From a virus (taxonomy: Duplodnaviria; Caudoviricetes): 34,166 nt of DNA. Position 1 is the first letter of the stretch; the number at the start of each line of letters is the position of its first letter. Below the pieces are notes generated by a model, which was given only the letters and a program-made list of their open reading frames with translations, ran no database searches and was not told the DNA's origin. The stretch is taken from IMG/VR virus record IMGVR_UViG_3300030012_004344, positions 1 through 34,166 of that record, one strand, 5' to 3'. Shown in pieces: positions 27,059 to 34,088 of this stretch. Position numbers and translations under genes: made by a program.

Positions 27059-27963
27059 GATTCTGCTAATTTAGCAAAATAAGATAAAGCATCATCATCC
27101 TCATCACTAGCAAGTGATACTGGTTCTTTGGGTCTTGAAATACCTTCACTTAAATCTTCAAGTTCTCTTACTGATCCACGATTTGTCTCTTCTTCAAAGA
27201 CTTCTGGATCTGATGGTCGTGAACTTGTCACTCTTAAAACATTTTCTAAACGTTTTTTAAGTTCATCATAAGTTTTAAATTGGTCGGTAGCAACAATCTC
27301 TGCAAGAGAATATTGTTTTTTCCATAAACCTTCAAGTGCATCATCATCTTCAAGTAAAGGACTTACTGCTGCAAATTCAGAACTATCATAGTTTCTAAAT
27401 CCTGCCACATTTTTTGCTTTTAACTTGAAATTAGCACCTTGCCAGAAATCAAATGGATCAATTGCTTCTTCGTCTTCAAACTCTGGTTGCATCGCTGCGG
27501 TGAGTTTATCAAAGATTTTCTTTCCATATTTAAAGAGAAATACTTTCCCTTCATTTTCTGGATTTGCTGGATCCTTAACAACGTAGATGTTAGATATGTA
27601 AGTTAACTTACGTTTCTGTTTTCTCGCTGTCTCCTTTCCCGCATCTGTTCCATTATTCCAGAGTTCGGTATTATATTCTGATACTGGATCTTTTTGTCCT
27701 AAAGTTGTCAAAGAGTTTTCAATATACCATCCGCCTGGTCCTTGAAATGCATGAGAATATAACTTCACGAATGGAAGATCCTCACCATTAGGAGCAGGTA
27801 AAAAACGGATAATGGCATATCCATTACCACCTTTATCAACATCAAGTTTCCACAGACGATCATCAGTAGATCCTCCTGTGTTATTCATTTTTTCGACTTC
27901 TTTAACAAGTTTAGCTGTCAAAGAACCTAGCTTTGATTGCTTTTTAAGATTAGCAAACGACAT
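27055..27963 (-). CDS. gp32: Single-stranded DNA-binding protein (302 aa from MSFANLKK)
   Basis: DDRLWK...GNGYAIIRFLP...HAFQGPGGWYIENSLTT...GKVFLFKYGKKIFDK, with acidic tail DDDALSYFAKLAES. SD GAGGT precedes the ATG at 27963. Confidence 0.96.
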   Translation of the reverse strand: MSFANLKKQSKLGSLTAKLVKEVEKMNNTGGSTDDRLWKLDVDKGGNGYAIIRFLPAPNGEDLPFVKLYSHAFQGPGGWYIENSLTTLGQKDPVSEYNTELWNNGTDAGKETARKQKRKLTYISNIYVVKDPANPENEGKVFLFKYGKKIFDKLTAAMQPEFEDEEAIDPFDFWQGANFKLKAKNVAGFRNYDSSEFAAVSPLLEDDDALEGLWKKQYSLAEIVATDQFKTYDELKKRLENVLRVTSSRPSDPEVFEEETNRGSVRELEDLSEGISRPKEPVSLASDEDDDALSYFAKLAES

Positions 27964-28007
27964 TTTTGGATACCTCGGATTAATTAGATTTGGTAGATTA
28001 CTTTTAT

Positions 28008-28036
28008 AGTATAACAAAGAATCTCTTATTGGTCAA
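28008..28036 (-). promoter_or_regulatory. Sigma70-type promoter for gp32 (TTGACC-N17-TATACT, with TGn extension)
   Basis: -35 at 28031-28036, -10 at 28008-28013, exact 17-bp spacer. Confidence 0.8.
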
Positions 28037-28358
28037 TAGCCAATCGTAGAGACTGAATTGTCTTGTGCATTGCATTAAAAAGAAACTGCATGTCTGTCCC
28101 ATCAGGAAAACCCATGAGAGTGATACTTTTTTTAAGTTCCTCTTTCATTCGTTTTGCATCTGGATCATCAGAAAGAGACAGTCGAGTATACATAATTTTT
28201 TGTCTCTCCAACAAGTCAACTAACAGGTCAATATGTTCAATACGATCCTCACGAGACATACCTGCAAAAGAAAAAAGACTTCCATAGACAGTTTCTTGAA
28301 GTTCGTTAATTTCACGTAACTCTTCACGTATTATTTCTGAATCGAAAAATTTACTCAT
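28026..28358 (-). CDS. Conserved cyanobacterial/cyanophage protein (DUF1825-like)
   Basis: FFDSEII.EE...L.ERQKIMYTRLSLSDDPDA. Usual position between gp59 and gp32. Confidence 0.75.
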   Translation of the reverse strand: MSKFFDSEIIREELREINELQETVYGSLFSFAGMSREDRIEHIDLLVDLLERQKIMYTRLSLSDDPDAKRMKEELKKSITLMGFPDGTDMQFLFNAMHKTIQSLRLAIDQ

Positions 28359-28959
28359 TGACTAGTTCCCGTAAAAATTTTTTATATTGAAACACATTAA
28401 TATTTAGGAAAGGTAGATATTTTTTCAATTTAAGACTTACGGATTCCCACACTGGATCCTTGAGTTTATTATCAAAATTTTTTCCAAAAGAAAATATTTT
28501 CTCGAAAATTGCGAATGTTTCTAAACTGATATTTCCACCCAGATATTTTTTTAGTATCACTGGATGTCCTTTCGAGCAGTTGAATAGATCTTCCAATTTT
28601 TTTTCCGAGAGCAATTCCTTTGATTGTTCTTTGAACAAGTATGTTAAACTCTGTTGTCGTCTCATCCAATCTGCGTAATTTCTTTCTCCAGAGTTTATTA
28701 TTTCTCCAATCCATAAATTTTGTGGTGTGTCAGTGGTCACGAAGTTTGCAAGAAGAAAATCAGTTATCTCCTGATCCGAATATTTTCTTGATGTTTTTTC
28801 AAACCAATACTTGTCTTTTCTTTTATTAAATGAAGTGACAGTCGCTCTTGATTTACCACCATACTTAAAAAAGTCATACTTACGATTCGTAAAATGACTT
28901 TTCATCGAAAGATATGTTTGGTAAGTCTCAAACGGAGTCACTTTCGTCTTCAACATCAT
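28351..28959 (-). CDS. gp59: Loader of gp41 DNA helicase (start may be the GTG at 28941)
   Basis: Y..YLSMKSHFT..KYDFFKYGGK......F.KRKDKYWFEK...ISLET. Confidence 0.9.
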   Translation of the reverse strand: MMLKTKVTPFETYQTYLSMKSHFTNRKYDFFKYGGKSRATVTSFNKRKDKYWFEKTSRKYSDQEITDFLLANFVTTDTPQNLWIGEIINSGERNYADWMRRQQSLTYLFKEQSKELLSEKKLEDLFNCSKGHPVILKKYLGGNISLETFAIFEKIFSFGKNFDNKLKDPVWESVSLKLKKYLPFLNINVFQYKKFLRELVNE

Positions 28960-29140
28960 GTGATTCTAATTGTGTAATTGCATCAACAGGAACTTCATTA
29001 TCACCGATACGATACCAGTGTTCTAGTTTTCCTGATTTATAACTTTCACGTTTTCCAAGATATTCGAGGTCATGAAATTTATGCTCTCGAAGCATTGCTT
29101 GTAAACGATGGTGTGTCAAGTCCGATTGGGAAATTTTCAT
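28928..29140 (-). CDS. Hypothetical conserved cyanophage protein
   Basis: 70 aa, overlap-coupled to gp33 and gp59. Contains H.RLQAMLRE...LEYLG...HWYRIG..EVPV. Confidence 0.7.
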   Translation of the reverse strand: MKISQSDLTHHRLQAMLREHKFHDLEYLGKRESYKSGKLEHWYRIGDNEVPVDAITQLESHDVEDESDSV

Positions 29141-29397
29141 AATGGAAGTTTAGCACGAGAAGTCTTCTTCATGAAGTTGAGTCTTGTTGCATCCCATTTG
29201 AGTCTTTCCTTCAAGGGTTTTGAAACAACCTTCTTTATAGATTCTACCTCAAGATTGTTAATTTCGCAATAGTGCAAAATTGCATCAATATAATTGAGAT
29301 TTTCCTCTGCCACGATAGTCTCAATTTCTTGTGCAAATTTTTGCGGAGTTAGAAATTTACTCGCAATCGCTTTTTCTAGTTCTTTATTTGGTTCCAT
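29137..29397 (-). CDS. gp33: Late-transcription coactivator (86 aa from MEPNKELE)
   Basis: KF..EIE.IV.E..LNYIDAI..YCE.N..E.E....VSKPLKE.LK.DA..LNFM. Confidence 0.88.
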   Translation of the reverse strand: MEPNKELEKAIASKFLTPQKFAQEIETIVAEENLNYIDAILHYCEINNLEVESIKKVVSKPLKERLKWDATRLNFMKKTSRAKLPL

Positions 29398-30064
29398 AGA
29401 GTTCCAATTTATCCCTAATAAACTTCTCGATGTACTTTGTAAGAAGTTTGATGTACTTTGATTTGTCTCTTTCTTCATAGACGACACACTCTCCATTTTC
29501 ACAAGCCATGATAATGACCAATTTTTTTACGGTAATCCCAGTCAGTTCATATAACATACAACCGTATGCCATACATTGAACAAAATAGTGATCGATCCAC
29601 TCTCGTGGTTTTGGTTTTTTTGAAGTTTTGAAATCGATTATCGCTAACTCATTCGCATACTCTGCTATACAATCAACGGTTCCCGCAATACCAAGTTGTT
29701 TACTATAGAGAGATCCTTCTAGTGCGTGTATATTATTTATGTTGTTTAATTTAGATTTAGAAATCTTAAATAGAAACTCTGCCATCGGTTGAACTGGCGG
29801 TAGTTCATTATTTTTAAGATAATTTTCTGTCAAAGTATGCATATCAGTGCCACGACTGGTAGCCGCCTTTGTGATACGATCCGCTTTTTCATTTCCTACT
29901 TTTTTTCTCCAATTGACAAAAATCTCTTTATTATAGTGACTTGTAATTGAAGTAATAGAAACTAATTTTAATAATTCATCATTATCTGGAACAGAATAAT
30001 AACGAACTCCCTCGATTGTCTCCCTTTCTAATTTGGGGAGATTTAAATTAACAAAATCAAACAT
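29384..30064 (-). CDS. PD-(D/E)xK exonuclease
   Basis: RGTDMHTLTE...LEGSLYS..LGIAGTVDCIAEY...LAIIDFKTS...YFVQCMAY. Confidence 0.85.
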   Translation of the reverse strand: MFDFVNLNLPKLERETIEGVRYYSVPDNDELLKLVSITSITSHYNKEIFVNWRKKVGNEKADRITKAATSRGTDMHTLTENYLKNNELPPVQPMAEFLFKISKSKLNNINNIHALEGSLYSKQLGIAGTVDCIAEYANELAIIDFKTSKKPKPREWIDHYFVQCMAYGCMLYELTGITVKKLVIIMACENGECVVYEERDKSKYIKLLTKYIEKFIRDKLELYGTK

Positions 30065-30819
30065 TACATACCTAATTGCATTTTAGCGATGATGTATTCT
30101 TTAACAAGACCAGAGCGAACAATGTCTTCTATACCAAATTCGATAAGATCAAAAGAAGGCATAGTGCGAACAATTTTCATAAAATCAATAATCCCATTTT
30201 TTTCATTAGTTTTTTGTAAATCAGTTTGAGTGGCATCACCACAAAAACATATTCTACTGTTTTCACCAACTCTTGTTATTATACTATCTAATTCATGAAA
30301 ATTCAAGTTTTGAAATTCATCTACAAAGACAATACAATTATCAAGTGTTGTTCCTCTTAAAAATGAGGTGCTCCAAAACTTAATTGTTTCTTGAGCTTTC
30401 AAATTACCATATAACATCTCAAAATCGGCATCAGATGGCATTTGAAACATATATTTTACCATATTTTTATATGGTATTTGATATATATCTGCTTTGTCTT
30501 CATGATCTCCTGGTAAAAATCCAATTTCACGAGTTGCAACAAGAGATCTCACCAAATAAATTTTTTCATAAGGTGTATTCTCATCAAGCACATCCTTTAA
30601 GGCATTATATAATGTAATAAATGTTTTTCCTGTACCTGCTGCACCATATGCAATAAAATGTTTATTATTTGAATAAGATTCAAATAATTTTTTTTGACTA
30701 TCAGATAAAGGTTCAATATCTACAAGATAATCTAAATTTAATGGTTTTTTCCTTTTCATCTGTTTAGCGGTCAATCCGACCCCAATCGCCTGATCGGATC
30801 CTCTTTTTTTTCTTGCCAT
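30064..30819 (-). CDS. phoH: PhoH-family ATPase
   Basis: Walker A GAAGTGKT, plus REIGFLPGD, SFLRGTTLDN, DEFQN, GD..QTDL and DIVRSGLVK. Confidence 0.95.
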   Translation of the reverse strand: MARKKRGSDQAIGVGLTAKQMKRKKPLNLDYLVDIEPLSDSQKKLFESYSNNKHFIAYGAAGTGKTFITLYNALKDVLDENTPYEKIYLVRSLVATREIGFLPGDHEDKADIYQIPYKNMVKYMFQMPSDADFEMLYGNLKAQETIKFWSTSFLRGTTLDNCIVFVDEFQNLNFHELDSIITRVGENSRICFCGDATQTDLQKTNEKNGIIDFMKIVRTMPSFDLIEFGIEDIVRSGLVKEYIIAKMQLGM

Positions 30820-31067
30820 TATAATTTTTTCACTCTTGAACCAGGCATTTTTGATGCTTTTTGTAAAACATCATTCCAACCTGGTTTTGATTTTCTTAAC
30901 TTATCTCTCCATTCTCCAACCTCACCTACACCTGGCACTGTCGAAGGATCAGAATAGTCACGAGTCCATTCAGGATTGTTTTCTTTCCATTTATCCCAAT
31001 CATGAACACTCATGGATACTTCTTTTTTTTCACCTGTCTCTTGGTGTACTACTGGATAAGTTGCCAT
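30819..31067 (-). CDS. Conserved hypothetical T4-like cyanophage protein
   Basis: 82 aa, MATYPV....TGE.KEV.MS...W...GWNDVL. CTAAATA upstream at 31089-31095. Confidence 0.78.
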   Translation of the reverse strand: MATYPVVHQETGEKKEVSMSVHDWDKWKENNPEWTRDYSDPSTVPGVGEVGEWRDKLRKSKPGWNDVLQKASKMPGSRVKKL

Positions 31068-31088
31068 TTGATAATTACGATATGTTAA

Positions 31089-31095
31089 TATTTAG
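31089..31095 (-). promoter_or_regulatory. Late promoter-like motif CTAAATA
   Basis: Overlaps the thyX stop and lies 21 nt upstream of the ATG at 31067. Confidence 0.55.
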
Positions 31096-31724
31096 ACCCA
31101 TTCAAGAGCCTCTGATACAGTTGGAAACTGTTCGATAAAGACACTACGACATGCTTCAGCGATGCTCATGTGTTCTTTTTGTGTTCCATGTGCAGAACGT
31201 AAATCGATATAGTGAATCCATGAACGACATGAACCTGTCATATAGATTTTAGTTGGTGTACACAATGGTAATACCATTCTAGCACATTCTTTTGCAACTC
31301 CCTCCTCAATCATTTGATTATATAATGATTGTGCAGAACTAAAGAGAGTTATCATTTGTGCCTCTAATTTTTGTTTCACAAAGGGATCAAGATCATCTGT
31401 AGAATTTTGACGATTTTTAAGATCTTGTTTTCTTAAATCTGGTAATTGAATTTTTCCTAATTCATTACTTTTCGCATATCGTTGAGAAAATTCTTGAAAT
31501 GTAAATGAACGATGTCTCAAAATCTGTGCAGCAATCGCACGAGTTGTCTCTATTTCAAGAGTCATTGATGATTGTTCAAATACAGACCAATGATTATGTT
31601 TAATACAATATTTCAATAATCCCGCATAATTTGGATTATCTTGATTATTTGGATTAGAGACTCTGGCAATATGTGCCATCGTTTTTTCAGCATCAGGAGT
31701 AATACTTACTAATTTGACTACCAT
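31092..31724 (-). CDS. thyX: FAD-dependent thymidylate synthase
   Basis: HWSVFE, the RHRx7S signature (RHRSFTFQEFSQRY), E.ARMVLP and R.....TQKEH. Confidence 0.96.
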   Translation of the reverse strand: MVVKLVSITPDAEKTMAHIARVSNPNNQDNPNYAGLLKYCIKHNHWSVFEQSSMTLEIETTRAIAAQILRHRSFTFQEFSQRYAKSNELGKIQLPDLRKQDLKNRQNSTDDLDPFVKQKLEAQMITLFSSAQSLYNQMIEEGVAKECARMVLPLCTPTKIYMTGSCRSWIHYIDLRSAHGTQKEHMSIAEACRSVFIEQFPTVSEALEWV

Positions 31725-31894
31725 TACTTAAATCCTTTAAAATTTTGACTTTTGAGATTTACAAGTTCTTCCCTTGCGATTTTAAGTTGATCTCTCATAA
31801 GTTGTATTTGATCATCTGTATATAGATCATCTTTCTGAAGCAATCTTTCAAGCATTTTTATAAGTCTTTTTGTTCGATTAATCGGAGTACCCAT
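31724..31894 (-). CDS. Small conserved hypothetical protein (about 56 aa, ends KGFK)
   Basis: 3' part of track ORF 31724..32008. The 5' part of that ORF overlaps another gene, so the start is placed at MGTPINR. Confidence 0.65.
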   Translation of the reverse strand: MGTPINRTKRLIKMLERLLQKDDLYTDDQIQLMRDQLKIAREELVNLKSQNFKGFK

Positions 31895-32045
31895 CGTCAT
31901 CATCATACAATTCATCATAATCCATAGAATTTGCGAATGCATCAGAATTTTTGTATGCATCGACATCAGAGTAGACTTCTGCTTTGATATTGTCAAGTAA
32001 TAATTCAAGATTACGGATCAATATCTTTAGTTTATCTCTATCCAT
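31878..32045 (-). CDS. Small acidic-tailed hypothetical protein (55 aa); missed by the ORF track
   Basis: Hand translation MDRDKLKILIRNLELLLDNIKAEVYSDVDAYKNSDAFANSMDYDELYDDDDGYSD. It starts just downstream of a consensus promoter. Confidence 0.75.
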   Translation of the reverse strand: MDRDKLKILIRNLELLLDNIKAEVYSDVDAYKNSDAFANSMDYDELYDDDDGYSD

Positions 32046-32063
32046 TTGATTATCATTTTATAC

Positions 32064-32092
32064 ATTATAACAAAAAAAATAGGAAGAGTCAA
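32064..32092 (-). promoter_or_regulatory. Sigma70-type promoter TTGACT-N17-TATAAT (with TGn extension)
   Basis: -35 at 32087-32092, -10 at 32064-32069, exact 17-bp spacer. It faces the thyX-phoH gene run. Confidence 0.82.
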
Positions 32093-32102
32093 CCTCTTCC
32101 TA
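32072..32102 (-). terminator. Rho-independent terminator after the DUF4278-like gene
   Basis: Perfect 9-bp stem TAGGAAGAG/CTCTTCCTA with a 5-nt loop, followed by 8 U on the minus strand. Confidence 0.85.
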
Positions 32103-32108
32103 AAATGA

Positions 32109-32252
32109 TTAACTGCAAGGTGATGCCTTGCTTTTAACTTTAAGACCACGATACATTAGTTCGTGTCTTTCACGCTTTGCTGCTTCATCAACAACTTTTG
32201 CGTTGTACTCTTCAGTGTCGTATTCGACACCACGATAAGTGACTTTTGCCAT
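32109..32252 (-). CDS. DUF4278-like small protein (47 aa)
   Basis: MAKVTYRGVEY...LMYRGLKV has the duplicated YRG motif of DUF4278. SD GAGG lies 8 nt before the ATG. Confidence 0.82.
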   Translation of the reverse strand: MAKVTYRGVEYDTEEYNAKVVDEAAKRERHELMYRGLKVKSKASPCS

Positions 32253-32283
32253 TTGCTTGTCCTCGGTAGTAGGGGTTTTTAAT

Positions 32284-32328
32284 CCCGTTCCTTCAGTCGG
32301 CATTTGCGTCCTCCGAAGAGGATGAACG
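32284..32328 (-). ncRNA. Glutamine riboswitch-like aptamer B (Downstream-peptide / glutamine-II type)
   Basis: CGUUC A UCCUC-UUCG-GAGGA CGCAAAUGCCGACUGAAG GAACG GG: outer stem CGUUC/GAACG and a UUCG-capped hairpin, in the 5' leader of a DUF4278-like gene. Confidence 0.78.
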
Positions 32329-32330
32329 TA

Positions 32331-32373
32331 CCCGTTCCGTGTCGGCTTACTTGCGTCCCTTGCGGGATGAACG
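32331..32373 (-). ncRNA. Glutamine riboswitch-like aptamer A (tandem copy)
   Basis: CGUUC A UCCC-GCAA-GGGA CGCAAGUAAGCCGACACG GAACG GG: same core with a GNRA-capped hairpin and a 2-nt linker to copy B. Confidence 0.75.
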
Positions 32374-32417
32374 ATGTGTTTATATTAACACATTCACACT
32401 ATATAGACAAGTAATTA

Positions 32418-32433
32418 TGTATTGATTGTTACA
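32418..32433. promoter_or_regulatory. NtcA binding site (TGTA-N8-TACA)
   Basis: tGTAttgattgtTACa is an intergenic perfect match to the extended consensus, about 45 bp upstream of the aptamers. Confidence 0.7.
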
Positions 32434-32505
32434 AAAATCCTCACAGATCAAAAATTTGGCGGGATTTTTTTTGCCCCTTTTTTGGAATAAAAAGTTGATT
32501 TTGGT

Positions 32506-32838
32506 TTATGATCTCTTTTTTTTCTTATTGTTCTGTGGTTTATATCCCCATAACTTTGGACTGATAGTTCCCTTACCATAATCAATTTTTTTCAATCCTT
32601 TTTTAAATTTATCATAATACATATCAAATAATTTCAGTTGCGAACCTCTTGTTAGGTCATAACAAACTGCATTATCAACACAATACTTAATAATACATGC
32701 GTCAGTTGGAAATTCACGAGAGGAAACTTGTTCAAAAGTTCCATTTGAAATCAATATTTCACAACAATAATTTTCTTTTGAATTTTCTCTCTCATCTTTT
32801 GTCCAAAAATCTGGACGATTTGTAGTTTCACTTGTCAT
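32506..32838 (-). CDS. Conserved hypothetical cyanophage protein
   Basis: 110 aa, ...DLTRG....LFDMYYDKFKKGL..I.YG.GTISPKLWGY, basic tail. Confidence 0.75.
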   Translation of the reverse strand: MTSETTNRPDFWTKDERENSKENYCCEILISNGTFEQVSSREFPTDACIIKYCVDNAVCYDLTRGSQLKLFDMYYDKFKKGLKKIDYGKGTISPKLWGYKPQNNKKKKRS

Positions 32839-32843
32839 AATAA

Positions 32844-33437
32844 TTACGAACGATTACCCCATCTAATATCGGGATATGCTTTACTTACTATTTCTTTTGT
32901 AATTTTATATTTTTCACCAAGTCTTTTATCTTTTACAAGAGTTAAAATTTCTGCCTCAAGTGGATGTAATCCTTCAAGCACGTTGATAAACATAGTTTCA
33001 CGACGAATGCTTTTTATCGAATCATTACCACCCTTGATGAAATGATAAAAATGTTTATACTCTCTTCTGATTGTAGTATGTCCTTGTTGATCACTTGATC
33101 CTATAGAAAAACTACCTTGCTCATGCATTTTTCGGACTTCATGCTCAATCTTTGTGGTCAATGTGCCACTGTAAGTATTTTGTTCATCATATCCTGTGTA
33201 AGGAACTTCACCCTCTGGTAAAACAGACACAACTGATTCATCAAAATTCCAGATAAAAAGTGCTTTTAAAGATATATGTTCGTATCTTTTTAAAATTTCA
33301 ACTTTTTTTGCAGCTGATCTTTGTCTTGATGCAAGATCAAGAACCTCAAATGCAAAAGGATTGTTGGGTAGGTTAGACGAAGCGACCTTAACAGTTTTTG
33401 GTTTAGTCTTCTTCGTCGGAGTTTTCGTTGTTGTCAT
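32844..33437 (-). CDS. Conserved T4-like phage hypothetical protein (197 aa from MTTTKTP)
   Basis: LIWNFD-like motif (LFIWNFDES), LPEGEVPY, RRETMFIN.LEGLHP.EAEIL.LVKDK.L. The start is shifted to reduce overlap with the upstream gene. Confidence 0.8.
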   Translation of the reverse strand: MTTTKTPTKKTKPKTVKVASSNLPNNPFAFEVLDLASRQRSAAKKVEILKRYEHISLKALFIWNFDESVVSVLPEGEVPYTGYDEQNTYSGTLTTKIEHEVRKMHEQGSFSIGSSDQQGHTTIRREYKHFYHFIKGGNDSIKSIRRETMFINVLEGLHPLEAEILTLVKDKRLGEKYKITKEIVSKAYPDIRWGNRS

Positions 33438-33630
33438 AATTTTCAAATCTAAATGCGACAATTTCATCAGGTACGAGGTTTCCATTTCCATCAAACATTT
33501 CTGGATGAGGTCTTGGTATTTCTTGATAATTCATCATATATTCTCTTGTTACCCAACCGATAACAGCACCGATAAGAAAAAACAAGAGTGATATGGGAAG
33601 AATCATGTATAAGATAACATCAGTTGTCAT
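33403..33630 (-). CDS. Small single-pass membrane protein (DUF2973-like)
   Basis: N-terminal hydrophobic helix, then HPEMFD.NG.LVPDEIVAFRF. SD GAGGAGG upstream. Confidence 0.75.
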   Translation of the reverse strand: MTTDVILYMILPISLLFFLIGAVIGWVTREYMMNYQEIPRPHPEMFDGNGNLVPDEIVAFRFENYDNNENSDEED

Positions 33631-33645
33631 GAAAAACCTCCTCGA

Positions 33646-33861
33646 TTATTTTATTTTCTTTGATCTAATTGAGAATTCAAAATGAATGATGTATTCTCTT
33701 TTTAGGATACGAATAATTCTATTTAACAATATATTAAATGATTTTTTTCGTTTTGGTTTTCGTCCTCTTAAGATTAATTCAAATCCACGATCAATATGAT
33801 TTGATTTATTTATATCAAGATCTGATGACTTGATGTTCTTTAAGGAATCGAATTGTTTCAA
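33646..33861 (-). CDS. Small basic hypothetical protein (start uncertain)
   Basis: 71-aa ORF filling the gap between the glutaredoxin and the membrane protein. Confidence 0.5.
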   Translation of the reverse strand: MKQFDSLKNIKSSDLDINKSNHIDRGFELILRGRKPKRKKSFNILLNRIIRILKREYIIHFEFSIRSKKIK

Positions 33862-34057
33862 CTGATCCTCCTATATTTTGAGATCCACATACGACTTGTG
33901 GAAATGTTGATCCCTTACCAAACTTATCATAAAATTCAGTGCGAGTAAAGTCTTCATCTAAAGTATACTCTATGAAATCACTACTTGTCAACTCCATGAC
34001 CTGTTTGACCTTGTAGCAATATGGGCAGTTGGTTTTTGAATAAATTTTAAATTTCAT
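33815..34057 (-). CDS. Glutaredoxin
   Basis: IYSKTNCPYC active site, with TFPQV and IGG motifs. Confidence 0.92.
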   Translation of the reverse strand: MKFKIYSKTNCPYCYKVKQVMELTSSDFIEYTLDEDFTRTEFYDKFGKGSTFPQVVCGSQNIGGSVETIRFLKEHQVIRS

Positions 34058-34081
34058 AATAACATTATAACATGGTTTTTT

Positions 34082-34088
34082 TATTTAG
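34082..34088 (-). promoter_or_regulatory. Late promoter-like motif CTAAATA
   Basis: Lies 24 nt upstream of the glutaredoxin ATG. Confidence 0.55.

Noticed and set aside
29384-30064. Exonuclease as Cas4 / CRISPR-associated
   Set aside because: There is no four-Cys Fe-S pattern, no array and no other cas genes. It occupies the usual core position next to phoH.
30064-31724. phoH and thyX as novel auxiliary genes
   Set aside because: Both are standard core genes of marine T4-like cyanophages.
32284-32373. Tandem repeat read as a mini-CRISPR array
   Set aside because: There are only two copies, a 2-nt linker and no spacer. The internal variation preserves hairpins, as expected for aptamers.
27964-33494. 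Extended ORF-track starts for gp32 (28017), gp33 (29502), 32008 and 33494
   Set aside because: They overlap promoters or neighbouring genes. Downstream ATGs fit the family N-termini better.
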